The notes under the pieces were generated by a model that did no database searches, was not told where the DNA came from, and saw only the letters and a program-made list of their open reading frames with translations. From Octopus vulgaris (taxonomy: Eukaryota): a stretch of DNA of 64,000 nt. Numbering within the stretch: position 1 is the stretch's first letter; every line of letters begins with the position of its first letter. A program made the position numbers and the translations under genes. Shown in pieces: positions 49,954 to 63,480 of this stretch. The stretch lies in assembly GCA_951406725.2 (NCBI GenBank), contig OX597816.1:158410001-158474000 (forward strand). Direction: 5' to 3'.

Positions 49954-50962
49954 TGTAGCGTAGACACGGGTGAAATTCCCCTCTCCCATTTATTATATAT
50001 ACGTGCATTCGAACGTAACAGGGAACAGCTAGCCTTTGGGCGCTATTTGGATCCCGTTGTATCCACTACTCTGATTGGTTGGTATTGGCGCAATTTGTCT
50101 CTTATTCGATTGTGCCAACTGCCGTGTATAACCAGTTGGAAGCCCTAAATAAGATCACGTGGGACAACATATTTACTTTTAGCCTACAGTTCCTTATAAA
50201 AACTCAACTTTTCCTCCTTCCACTGACCACAAGACACAGCCAGTTCCAGCGACAGTCAGACAACACCACAACAACAGCCACGTTACGACCCACCAATTTC
50301 GTCCAACAGCATTACGGCAACCCCAGTCTTCGTCGCCACATCACGTCCTTAACGTCGTCAACATCATCTCTCTACGTACACAGCTCAGCAAGCAATTCAC
50401 CCAGGTTCTAACACTTCACTGTTCGTGAATTACTTCACCACGGATCAACAGCGAATATACAATCTGCATGAACTCCTGTACCAAGTGACCCAGGCAGCAG
50501 CATCACAGCCACGACTTCATGTACGACATATACCTGTAACCGGCTCAGCGTCATGGACGCGACTTCTTCATACAGTATTTTAACTACCGTGTGCTATTGA
50601 CTACGAACTGGTATCATCTTTTGTCTTTGAACTTACTTCTCACTATAGACTCTTTCACTGCCTCTTTTCTTCATTGCCATCCTTATATGAACTTAACACA
50701 CGCGTATACATCCATGCTTACACACACATACATTTTGTTCTCATGACGGCCTGTCTATTATTCTGTATACATGACGCACACACAGACACACATTTTAACA
50801 TATCAATAAATCTTCTCTTAATCATTCTACGTGGATGTGTCTCCTTTTTCCAATTTCTCTCTATTGTATGATGTGGTACAAAAGAGCCATTCTCGTCACT
50901 TCATATTACGCGGTCCTTACAAATTGATGACCCGACTTGGAACACGCATGTCACGGTCCATT
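49954..50962 (+). mobile_element. Gypsy-like LTR (49954-50921) plus PBS-like tail, inserted in an older repeat
   Basis: TGTAG...TTACA ends, AATAAA near 50805, then AAT-TGATGACCCGAC (PBS-like). ATAGACT on both sides. Confidence 0.6.
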
Positions 50963-51243
50963 ATAGACTGATCACGTAAAACTATTGTGGATCGGTCGTG
51001 ATGTCGGATCGGTTACCTAGTGTTTAGGTTTCAAATCACCGCTACAGTTTCTTTTGATCGAGTATAAATGACATGTATATTTTAGAAGAGGGAACATGTT
51101 TCCAAGGACATTAACAAAATAAAATATGTCAGTTTATGTAACCGTGCGCGCGCACGCGTGTGTGCAGATCGAAACTACGTATTGGTCTGATTCAAATGCA
51201 CAAAATATAGTAACTACACAATATGTTGTACGACGTTAATTCA

Positions 51244-51755
51244 CCGTAAATCCTCGTTTATAGTCCGCCCTTGAGTATAATACATAGGGGATTTTAAGGA
51301 GTTTGTACCTCTGAAAAACCTAAACCTTGTGTATAATACGCACCCCTTCTCTAATTTGAGTAAAGGAGGTCTATATAACGTCCTTGGTTTGTAAAAATTT
51401 ATACGGTTACGTACCTTATTATTATTGTATATATAACATAATGCTACGTGTAGCTTTTTTTGTGCATTTTGTTTGTAGAAAATAAAGAAATAACAGTAAT
51501 AACGTTTAATAAATGTTGCTTACTGCAAGTTATGGATGATTCTTTTATGACTTCATTGCTTTCAGGCTTAGCTTAAGGTATTTTCACGCCCGACATCACA
51601 AAATACGTCTGAATAAACATTGCCGAACAGCAAATAGAGACTCGGACATTGCTTAGAAAATAATTTTCATTTTTAACCTCGTATATAGAACGCACTAGGG
51701 ATTTTGACCTTTAAATTTTGGGGGGAAAATGCGGATCATACTCGAGGATTTACGG
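51244..51755. mobile_element. pogo/Tigger-type MITE
   Basis: TIRs CCGTAAATCCTCG / CGAGGATTTACGG, TA at the right end, and subterminal TATA..ACGCAC repeats. Confidence 0.8.
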
Positions 51756-52259
51756 TACTTACTGACAGGCGACATTTCATTCCTCTGATACACCAAGTGT
51801 CACATCTGGGTGTCTCTTCATTTGTCATTTTCAGCTCAGGCATAAGCAAATAAATTCTATAAATATTTCCCCTAAAATATTTCCATCTCAAACGAGCTTG
51901 CCAGCCTTTCTCGACTTCGAGAGAAATTACAAGAACATCGTGGGTTCAGAAAATGATATCTTTTATCTGAATTGCGAGCGAGTGATTAAAACCATATCCA
52001 TGTCTCATTTTAGCCCGAGCCTTCCAGCCATCAATAGCTATACGTTTTGTAAAAATCTGGCTTTTTAATCTCGTATGCCTTTTAACATATATATATTTTC
52101 AACTTCCTAAAATTTTTTATCCATTTTTTTTATCAATGTATAAGGAGTATAATTCTAAAAATATAGAATTGGTTTATTTATGTGCTTATTGATAAGTCTG
52201 CGTGGGTTATGTAAATATTTTTTACCGATGATTAAATCTGGATATCCGTAAATGTATAC

Positions 52260-52596
<337 letters not shown>

Positions 52597-54263
52597 CAAG
52601 AGAACATGTACGGTTTTGATTACACTATAAAGATGAATGAAATTCAACGGGAATACAAATTCAGTCAGCGGGAGATTAACGCATGAGAAACGAAATAGAT
52701 GTCTGACCGTATTTCATTAAGATATTTTAAGATATTTTTCTCCGTCTCGTACGCATTTAAAAGACGGGATCAGTTCTATTTACTGGTTGAATCGCTTCAT
52801 CTTGTTTTGCTGGAATATTCTACGAATCAGCGATAACGGGCAGAATAATCAGGGTGTCAGCTACGATCAAGAAAAGACTTCGTTACCTCCAACGCAGTCA
52901 TTTGATAATTTCTTTGAGATTAGTGGCTTTTATTTTTACATTTAATGTTTTATTATATTATTATATTCATCGTATTTTTTGAATAAGAGGAACATACTGA
53001 CGTCACTGAATCGTTCGCTTTATGTTTTACATCTTGTGGCATCGCTCCAAAACTAGATAACGAGGGTGCTATCAAATCTGACATCAATGCAATCCTCTCG
53101 ATATTTGCAAACCTCTCAAGCAGAAATTTCATTAAGATTTTATTTTCCTTCCTACGCCCGTCTCACTTTCCACTTATCATTTACCTTATTATTATTATTA
53201 TTATTATATTTTTTCTGGTTGTTTTATTGCAACCATTTCCACACCTGTACAGGTACTTATAATATGTAACATTTCGTTCCCTCCTTTATTATATATTCTT
53301 CAAAAGAGATCTTTCAAAAATAGAAATAAATGGATTAATAAAATGAATTCTTGAGTGGTTTAGTAACATTCTATTAAGCATTTATCAAAACCCTCACCAT
53401 TATATTGGTATGAAGTGTGAAAATTTTAAGGAAACGGAAATAAGATGTTGTGATAGTCATATCAAGAACATTAACAGCTGAGGTAACTAAAGCAGTATTG
53501 TAGTGTGGGTTTTGGCCATCCTTTCTTATAAAATTAACATAACTTCGACTACTAGAAACATGCACTAAAGGGATCACCCTGTGCGGTCCGTACACTCCGC
53601 ACAGCTTATGCCAGCCACTGGAGTGAAGGTACTGATTACTCAAGCAGTTGCCGGGAGTGTCATCTGCTCGAAGATGCCACATCCTGTGTGTGGAATATAT
53701 TTTTTTTCTAGAATATAAATTGGACATGAGCGATCGTTGTATTCTTTCTTGTCTTCACAGCCAAACGGGTGGGTGGATTCGCGTGAAAAATGGCACACAT
53801 GTGGAGACGGGTGCATAGATTGGAATGCGGTTTGTATTTTTTCCTAGCCCCCATACTTAAATCGATTAAAACTTTTTCTAATGGAATTCCCGTTTATTCC
53901 GCCACACAGCCAGTATATACCATATCGCTAGCAACAAGGGGAGTACAGGATGACAGTCAGCCAAAACTTTCGCTATGCTGTCCCTCTTCTTTCACCGCTT
54001 TGTGGGGTTAATAATCTTAATTTTTAGTTACAGTTTCTCATTCAAATTACATAATAGGCAGAATTGTCAGATTAAGGCAGTAGGGTGTTTTGAGGGAGAT
54101 TTGGCTGCTATTTCTACCAGGTCTAGCTACCATGTAGAGGTCTGAACTTAAGTTTCATTCGCATATTTGCATTTCGAAAATTTAACATAATCTCTTCCAT
54201 AAATCAACTAGCGTAAAAATGTTATACAATGAGCACGCACACATGGACGCACGCACGCACACG

Positions 54264-54315
<52 letters not shown>

Positions 54316-54682
54316 CACACACACATACACACGTCCATTTCATATATAGTCTTTCAATTTCTGCTCTCTGCAAATAAAATTTTTACAGATACAACTGCTT
54401 ACAAAAATAGGGATTAATGTATAATCTCTTTCTATGTTCATAATTAAATCAATGTTTTAATGATTAGACAGAGGTCCAATACAATAGCTCTGAGAAACAG
54501 ACTATGTACAAATTCATTCTTCACAACTCCTGAAGCTGTTTTCTGACAAGGAGGTGGGGAGTCAGGAAATGTTCATACAGCTGGAGGCTCCAATCAAAAC
54601 AGGGGACCCGAAATAATAAAGTTGAGAAACGCTGTTATAGATTATGCCTAACCGAAAACGATCACAGCCACATCATCCACAC

Positions 54683-54713
54683 AGACCGGGTGAAACCGGG
54701 CTTAGCTGCTAGT
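54683..54713 (+). mobile_element. Helitron-like 3' terminus
   Basis: CCGGGTGAAACCGG hairpin followed by GCTGCTAG|T. Confidence 0.45.
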
Positions 54714-54857
54714 TCTAAATATAAAAGGAGGTTAAGATGAAAATAATAAATGCTTTATTCCATGCCTTTATAAATGTTCATAGAGGCATGGAATAAAAAC
54801 ATCTTATGAAATCTCAGATTTCTTTATTCTTAGTGACCAGATTCGCCACTTTCTTTC

Positions 54858-55245
54858 CTAACTACGTTAAGGGTACGCATGTCTGTAGAGTGCTCAGTCA
54901 CTTGCACATTAAGATCATGAGCAGGCTGTTCCACTGGCACGGGAACGAAATTTGTTTACAGGATACAAACCCAGGTCCAAAACTTTTTTTTACAAACAAG
55001 GTCTTAATGGTTTATCTATTTATTTTTGTTCTTTGAGAAGGAACCTAATCTACATTTTATACAGACCACTTTTTGCACACTGCTTTTTAAACACGAGAAA
55101 AGTATGCAGGGGTGCAAATTTTAATTTTGCAGCCCACAAAAGTTTTGGGAGGTGTGCTTGCACCCCCGGCACCTCCTATATTCGAACTCGTGGACTGTCC
55201 CGTTGATCGGGTCAACAGGAACCCTCGTCGTCGTAACCAACAGAA
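54858..55245 (+). mobile_element. SINE family C 3' part split by a ~260-bp DNA-transposon-like insert (54932-55191)
   Basis: Both flanks are collinear with 41000-41115. The insert has CAC...GTG ends and an imperfect 8-bp repeat GGCTGTTC/GACTGTCC. Confidence 0.55.
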
Positions 55246-55274
55246 TACCAGTATGTATATAAATGTGTGTGTGT

Positions 55275-55321
<47 letters not shown>

Positions 55322-55327
<6 letters not shown>

Positions 55328-55858
55328 GTCATCCAATAAATAATGCGGTTTTTTCAATTGCATGAATTAAAAGTTGGAGGGGGCAGGATAAACTACCTAC
55401 ATCAACTTACTATAAATGCAGTCAGTAACTTTATTTCGTCCTTATTCTTAGTTCAAGTTTTGAAGAGTGCAGTTCGATTTTAACGGAGCATATTCAGCGT
55501 ATTTTCTTTTATGAGTTCAATAAAGGCAACAACTCATCGGAAAGTGCAAGGAATATTAATGCAAGACATGGGGATCGGACAATAGGCGTAGGCCAGTGTT
55601 AACGGTGGTTCTAGAAATTCCGAGCCAGAAACTACAGCCTTGTAGACGATCCTCGTCCTGGAAGATCTGTAGCGCTCGACAAGGACGTCTTGCAAAGCCT
55701 GGTGGAACAAAATCCCATCGTAACTGTTGAGGAAATAGCAGAGAAGTTTAGATGTGGTCATTCAACCATTCATCAACACCTGTGTGCCATCGGAAAGGTC
55801 ACCAAACTGGATCAATGGGTTCATCACAAACTTTCTGAGTTTAATCGCGTGCAGAGAC
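55322..55858 (+). mobile_element. mariner 5' half (left TIR plus transposase N-terminus, pseudogenised)
   Basis: TA-TTGGGTCATCCAATAAATAATGCGG TIR at the end of a (TA)n tract. FYEFNKG, DDPRPGR and KLDQWVHHKL (WVPHEL motif). Confidence 0.88.
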
Positions 55859-56134
55859 AATTATGTGATGCATGTTAGTATGTATATATATGTATGTACG
55901 CATGCCCACCAATTTCTTTTTTCATACATTAAATTCGAATATAAGCATAATCTACACCATCAGAATGTTTGAGGGAGTGTATACTCATTCAATTCATTCC
56001 CATCCATGGAGACTACTCTATTTTCAATAGCAATTCATCCACATGCAAAATTTCGTTGAGCTGGGGTTATAGAAGAAGGAGACACCTGGCCAAGGTCCTG
56101 TACTAGTATCTTCTGTACTCCAAATCTTCTTCCA

Positions 56135-56512
56135 TTATTTCTTTATTGCCCATATGAGGCTAAACGTAGAGCGGACAAACAAGGACAGACAAAAGGATTA
56201 AGTTGATTACATCGACCCCAGTGCGTAACTGGTACTTAATTTATCGACCCTGAAAGGATGAAAGGCAAAGTCGACTTCAGCGGAATTTAAACTCAGAACG
56301 TAATGGCAGACAAAATACCTATTTCTTTACTACCCACAAAGGGCTAAAGACAGGGGACAAACAAGGACAGACATAGGTATTAAGTCGATTACATCGACCC
56401 CAGTGCATAACTGGTACTTAATTTATCGACCCCGAAAGGATGAAAGGCAAAGTCGACCTCGGCGGAATTTGAACTCAGAACGTAATGACAGACAAAATAC
56501 CGCTAAGCATTT
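56135..56512 (-). mobile_element. SINE B2 dimer
   Basis: Junction AAAATAC|CTATTTC at ~56318. Confidence 0.85.
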
Positions 56513-57227
56513 TTAAGGAAGTCTTCTTTCTTATTAAGGCAGTATTGTATGTCTTGGTGGAAGATTTGGCTACCATTTTTTGCAAATTTAGTGATGCTTT
56601 GGTGTTAAATCAGAATGAGTGTTAGAATTTGCTTGCAAAAATCTATATCTTTGCAAATTCTATTAATTCCTACCACATCTTCATAACTGCACTTAATACC
56701 CCAAGGGGGAAAAAAACATTTTTCTTTTCAGTCAGTAGTAAATAAAGAAGAGCCACCAATAGAAGAGCTAGTCTGTTAATTGCTTCAAACAGTTTTGACA
56801 TTTTCGTTTATTAGAATATCATGTCAGGAAACAAAGCAGATTTAATTTTCTCTTTTAATTCTCTGTATACTGTTTAGTGTATACACAGATTAATCTGTTC
56901 TAATCACCTAATTCGTATAATGATCAGGTTTTTCAGGGTATTTTTCTTCCTCTCTTTAATCTGTTGGTCGATACTCTAGATTTAGTTAAAGACTTCATCA
57001 ATTCGTTTGACCCAAGGTTTAATCTTACTAATATAGGAGAAGTATTTTAAGATACTTCTTTTAGGTACATAATTGTTTTGCACACACAAATACACAAACA
57101 CAATCACACACTTCCAACAAACACGAACACAAACAGTCTCTTTCTTTCACTCATGCATGCATGCATGCACACATGCTTATATATATATATGTATGTATGT
57201 ATGTATATATACATACATATATATATC

Positions 57228-57403
57228 TTAAAAGCACCCAGTCCACACTGTAAAGTGGTTGGTGTTTGGAAGGGCATCCAGCTGTAAAAATCCTGCCAAA
57301 ACAGTTACAGAAGTCTGGTGCAGGCTTCTGCCTAGCCGGCTCTTATTAAACCATCCCACCCATGCCAGCATGGAAAGTGGACGTTAAACAATGATGATGA
57401 TGA
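57228..57403 (+). mobile_element. RTE 3' tail fragment within (TA)-rich sequence
   Basis: GGAAGGGCATCCAGCTGTA...GGACGTTAAAC(GAT)n. Confidence 0.75.
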
Positions 57404-57624
57404 TATATATATATATGACCCTGCTGTCTGGCATTCGCCATGATAGATCGCTAGCCACTAAACCTTTTTTCATTTTCTCTCCTTGTTTATTTCTGTGTTC
57501 CTTTCTATTGAAGAGCATAGGGTCAAAAAGTGAAAGACTTTCTCACTTCCCGAGCGTTAAACTAATATATCTGTTTGTTGTTTACACACCCGTCTTTGTC
57601 TTTTGTTTTTTGTAAATTCTCACT

Positions 57625-57843
<219 letters not shown>

Positions 57844-57991
57844 CAGATGTGCACATAATAGTAATCATTAGAAGTAAAAATACATAATAGCATAATGGAA
57901 TATAATACCTCTCTCTCAGCTAAATCAGTCAGTTGTTATACTGGAGTCTCCCTGGGCAACATGTTTATCAAAACTGCTACTTAACACTGAT

Positions 57992-58039
<48 letters not shown>

Positions 58040-58339
58040 GTGTGTCTGTTTCTGTATCTATGTCTAAGAAATGAGTTTAGAATGATGAAAGCGTATTTGC
58101 CATCAATATGACAAGTACAGCTGAATCTATCGTGAAAATAAAGAGGAAATTCCGGGCATGGAAGCTAAGCCAAGAAACAAGAGGCCTTTTGCGCAATGAT
58201 GATGGTCTTAGAAATGGCCTCATTCGATTTTCAGAAAAGTAGTAGGTAAAAACTCCGTACACTGTACTGAAAGTGAGCCATGGACACACTAAAGATGTGA
58301 CCGAATCACAAGCAAACTATCAAGGAACATAAGTCTTGT

Positions 58340-58735
58340 ATGTGATTGATGCGCTGGAGCAGTATGTTCAATGAACGCTCAAGAAATAGACTCCTTTGAA
58401 TGCCTGGATGGTTCACTTGAAATAATTTATAGATTTTGTTACCTAGGAGATGTAGTTATTAAGGAAGGTAGTTACTTCAAAATTGTATCAACAAGAGTAA
58501 GAACAGCTACGGGTATTGGTGCCATATAAAAACACTGGTGCTGGTACCACATAAAAAGGGCTGGTGATGGTGCCTCGTAAAAAAGGCTGGTGATGGTGCC
58601 ACGTAAAAGTACCCAGCACACTCTGTAAAGTGGTTGGCATTAAAAAGCACATCCAACTGTAGAAACTAGGCCAAAACAGACTATGGAACATGGTGTGGCT
58701 CCTGGCCTTACCAGCTGCTGTCAAACCATCCAATG
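58340..58735 (+). mobile_element. RTE LINE fragments (ORF2 remnant plus 3'UTR repeats)
   Basis: LEIIYRFCYLGDV remnant and repeated GGTGCCACGTAAAA motifs. Confidence 0.6.
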
Positions 58736-59764
58736 CCTGTGACTTAGTGGTTCATCAAAAGACACCAATAGAATAAGTACCAGGTTCATGAAAAAGAAAA
58801 AAAAAAGTACTGGCATTGATTCATTTGACTAGAAAAGAGAATTGTTCAGGGTGGTGCTCCAGCATGGCCACATGACTGAAATAAGAAAAAGATAGAAGGT
58901 AAAATATTTTTGTCACAAGTTCCCAATCTCTGATGTTCAAAACCTAAAAATATATTACAGTGACCATTTTTCCTAACAAGAAGGAAGGAAAAAAACTTCA
59001 AAAACACAGAGGTGCATAAACAAAGCATCTCCGGTCAAGCTGTTTCAACCAAAGCACAGAGAGTTACTGAGTGCATGTTGTACCTCTAAGCAATTCTTTT
59101 GATATGTACATAAGTAATTCTGTCATTATTTCTTGTTAATCTCTAGTTAAAACTGTGTCAGATTACACAAGCTGCTTTTCTTGCTACCTTGAGGGTGAAT
59201 CCATTGCAATTAGGAAAAGAAGAAAATGATTGAATTATTATTGAAGTTTGATCAACAACACAATATTTAGGTATACATAATTAATTAATTAGCTGAAAGA
59301 CAAAAACAAAAAAAAAAAAAACAAACGAACAAGCAGAGAAGAAGCATCAGGTGAGCTGAAACAGAATAGGAATGTTTTCTATGCACAACATTAATTTTGT
59401 ATGATAGGTAATTATTGAAAACTTGTAATGTAGTTTACATAGGTGTTTTTTTTTTCTGTTTTAATAAGTATTTTAATGTAAAAGTAACTTTACTTATACA
59501 CACAGTGTCACACACACATTTAGATATTGTCGTTGTCATGGTCATTGTCGTCATTGTTGTCGTTGTTATTGTCATCATCATCATCATCATCATCATCAAC
59601 ATCATCATCCTTTAATGTCTGTCTTTCATGCTGGTATTGGTTGGCCAGTTCAACAGGAGCTGACAAGCTGGAGGGCTACATCAGACTGTATTGTCTACTT
59701 TCACATGGTTCCTACTGCTGGATGCCATTCCTAATGCCAACCACTTTACATAGTGTACTGGGTG

Positions 59765-60066
59765 TGGAGGCACATGGCCTAGTGGTTAGAGCAGCGGACT
59801 TGTGGTTGAGGGATCACGGGTTCGAATCTCAGACTGAGCGATGTGTGTATTTATGAGCGAAACACCTAGGCTCCACATGGCTCCGGCAGAAGGTAATGGC
59901 AAACTTCTGCTGACTCTTTCACCACAACTTTCTCTCACTCTTTCCTCTTGCATCTTGCAGCTCAACTGCGATGGACCAGTGTCCTGTCCAGGTGGGGAAC
60001 CTATACGCCAAGGAAACGGGGAAACCAGCCCTTATGAGCCAGGCGTGGCTCGAGAAGGAACAAACA
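59765..60066 (+). mobile_element. SINE family D, full length, nested in the RTE 3'UTR
   Basis: Perfect 15-bp TSD ATAGTGTACTGGGTG (59750-64, 60067-81). Confidence 0.9.
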
Positions 60067-60299
60067 ATAGTGTACTGGGTGCTTTACACATGGCACTGGC
60101 ATGGGTGCTTTATATGTGGCACCAGCACACATGAGCCTGCAAGAAAAAGACCTCTCAGCTGACAGAGAGACATGCCGATATGTATGGATGGCCATGATTT
60201 TACTTAGCTTGACATGTCTTCTCAAGCACAGCAAATTGCCAGAAGCCTTGGCCCCTAGTCATCTCCTCAGCAAGGCCTAAAATCTGAAGATCCTTTCTC

Positions 60300-60595
60300 A
60301 TCTGTGGCAGTTGCCAGCGCTGCCTGACTGGCGTCCATGTCGGTGACACGTAAAAGCTCCAACCAATCGTGGCCGTTTGCCAGCCTCATCTGGGCCCTGT
60401 GCCGGTGGCATGTAAAAAGCACCCACTACACTCACGGAGTGGTTGGCGTTAGGAAGGGCATCAAGCTGTAGAAACACTGCCAGATCAGACTGGAGCCTGG
60501 TGTAGCCTCCTGGCTTCCCAGAGCCTGGTCGAACCGTCCAACCCATGCTAGCATGGAAAGCGGACGTTAAATGATGATACTGATGGTGATGATGA
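60300..60595 (+). mobile_element. Younger RTE 3' tail inserted antisense into the older RTE
   Basis: Reverse complement of 3441-3700, with (GAT)n tail. Confidence 0.8.
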
Positions 60596-61469
60596 ATTAG
60601 AGATTGGCACTTCTTTATGCAGCTGTCCTCATCTATATGCATCACATGACCAAACCAGTACAGTTTTTTCTCTTGCACAATACATATGGTGCCTCTTATA
60701 CCCAATTGTTCTCTTAAATCATTTACACTGTCGTACTTGCACACAAATGTTAACCATCCAGTGGACATATTGGCTTCATTTCTTTCAAGGCTTTGCATAT
60801 CCTCAGTAGTCATAGCCCATGTCTCACTGCTATGTAGCTGCCTTTCACTCTGAGTGAGCTACACTTCCAGAACTATCTCCTCCAGTGCTAACTTGGTCCC
60901 CCAGGTAATGAAAACCATCTACTATTTCTAAGGATCCCACTGGGCATTTGAGGAAGTCTATTTTTTGTACATTTCTAGTGTTTATTGTACCTACACATCT
61001 GTCACATACAAACACTAATTTCTCTGTTAATCTTTGTGGGATAACACTGCGCCTCTTATGTGTCCATAGCTTGCACTGGGTACAACATATGGAGTTTCTA
61101 TCAACACCCTTTCTGGATATTTTCTAGATATTGATCCTTGAAGGGATCAGTGATTAGTCTTTCCTACTTGCTAGGACTTAAGCCTTTGCTAAATGTCTAA
61201 TGTCTCTCTCCTTCTCTCCCCTATCTCTCTCTCCATATATATCTATCATCATCTTCATTTTATATATATATATTTATATATATATATATATATATATATT
61301 GTCAGTGAATCATAAATCCGAGAAAGAAGCATACCCTAAGTTATAGAGCAGTAGAGTATATAAAGATGTATATGGCCAGTCTATGGAGTTACCCTGGGCT
61401 TCATGTCCATAAAGCATTTAGTTTACATTATTTCTTCAGACACTAAACCTGTTGCCCTATGGCATCTCT

Positions 61470-61875
61470 AGCAAGTGGCCTTTCTAGAGAATGGTGAAGG
61501 AAAAACTTTGTTACTCTGCCAACAACAAGGGAGTGTCTCCCTTTGACAGCTATTTGTAATGGACCCTGTTAGTGTGTGGATCTCTGGACGCCAGCAGGAA
61601 TATGTCTTTATCTGTTTGGCTATGCACAGTTTACAATGCTTGGTCCCATTTATGTTGAGGCCTGGATTTTCTAGGATTTTCGATGATATTACGTGGGGAG
61701 TTCTGTCATCTTTCAGCTGCCAGACATGGCTGGCTAAGAATGTAGTGTATATCCTTTCCAGGATCCTGAAAGAGGATCTGTGGTTGGAGAGGGACTGCTT
61801 GAACATGTTATCGGAACATCTGATGTATCTCCATGTGCAAGTGTTGGTGATGCTGTTTCTGCTGATGTTGATGCT
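61470..61875 (-). mobile_element. Penelope-like element GIY-YIG endonuclease relic
   Basis: Minus strand WRYIRCSDNMFKQSLSNHRSSFR...LASHVWQLKDD...KILE...NGTKHCKLCIAK matches the PLE pattern YIG.....FK.R..NH.SSF...LS.H.W.LK...C.LC..EK. Confidence 0.75.
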
Positions 61876-62847
61876 GCTGCTACCGCTGTTGTTGGTGCTG
61901 GTGTTGGTGTTGACATAAAGAGGGGAATTACATGGTTAAAAGTTTGTCGAAGAGGTAGAGAGAAAGAGAGAAATATAAAGTGCTCAGCAGAGGGAAGTTT
62001 CAAAATCATATAATATATTATCATGATTGGAAGTGAAATACATTAATAAAATAAAAATAAAAATGCAAATTATCTCTTTTTTTCTTAAATAGCTTCTCTT
62101 AATCCTTTTCATTCTATGGGATTTCCATGGGTCCCACTAGTACTATTAATTGGAGTTTGAAAGTTTGTGTGAGGAAGGACAATTGGTTGGTTGACTATAA
62201 AAATATGAACAGATCATCCAAAATATTAAGAATGATGATAACAATGATGATAGTGAGTGATGACATAGATATGAATGATGATAGGTCAAAGGAGATTGGG
62301 ATGGAATGTCCTGTAGAGCTTCTGTAGAAGGTTTGCCTCTTAGGAATGGGAAAGATCACCAGAAGGATTTTGAGCACTTAATAGCTGATTAAAATCATGT
62401 GGATATCTAAGGTTACAGGTAGTAACCCACAACTCACATAAATTCCACAAGGAATTAAACCAATCTCGCATCAAGTCGAATATTAATAATAAAATTTCTC
62501 AGAAAAAAGCTATGCAAAATTTTTTACCTACACCAATTTTCTATTAATAATATAAATTTCACATTTCAATAATACTCTTCTGTGAATTCCTCTTATTTTA
62601 ATTTCTTTTAACCCACCCCTCCTCCTCACCCTCATCACCACCACTACCACCACCAGCAAGTTACTCATTATATTTCTTCCACACAATGATTCCATGCATA
62701 TAATTGGCATCTACAGTTATAGAACTCAAGTCTGACTGGCAAAACTTCAAAGATTTCTTAGTAAAATTTAATTTTATACTCTATATATATGTATCATGTA
62801 CTTTCCGAGCTAATGTTTGAATCTCTTATAAAGTACACACACAAATA

Positions 62848-62898
<51 letters not shown>

Positions 62899-63096
62899 CA
62901 AAGTGGAGTTGTGGGGTACCGCACGAGTGGAATTATATATGAAAGAAGGTTTGAAAATGCAATTTAAAAGATGTTTATTTACTTTACCGGTTTCACTCTT
63001 TGGAAAAAGATTGTCAAAAGTAACATGTGGAAGTTTGGTTGCGTTAATTATTGGTTGTTGCAAATTGCTACATTATATATATATATATATATATAT

Positions 63097-63480
63097 ATAC
63101 AGTCTTTGGTAACAGGGACATGTTAAGGACATAAAAAAGTTCAACAAGTTCCTTAAAATATTGGGCACAAAAGATTACATAAATAATCGTTCTCAAGGAC
63201 ATACTTAAGATAGTTTCCAGGAGGAATTGATATTGGTACTGTATCTGTATATTCAAACATGCACAGAATATTGGTTGACACAGAGTACTATAATCCATAT
63301 AAATATACAGTCTTTGGTGACAACAGTATGTTGAGAATATAAAAAAGTTTGACATTGAAATAATGGGCAGAAAAGATTAAAACAAATACATTATACATCT
63401 CAGGGTAATTTCCAGGAGGAATTATTAAAAAAAGTTCAGTATACACATACAGAATATTATGAGTTCAAAAAGATTTACAT
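63097..63480. repeat. Diverged ~209-bp tandem duplication
   Basis: TACAGTCTTTGGT...ATAAAAAAGTT...TGGGCA.AAAAGATTA...TTTCCAGGAGGAATT occurs at ~63097 and ~63306. Confidence 0.7.

Larger units (their letters stand above)
59570..61195 (-). mobile_element. Degenerate RTE LINE hosting two nested insertions
   Basis: ORF 60298-60813 carries LERNEANM...LYWFGHVMHIDEDSCIKKC, homologous to 4150-4950. (CAT)n tail at 59570-59610. Confidence 0.8.

Noticed and set aside
61559-62013. Plus-strand ORFs of 119 aa and 77 aa
   Set aside because: They are antisense to the Penelope GIY-YIG relic plus a low-complexity trinucleotide tract.
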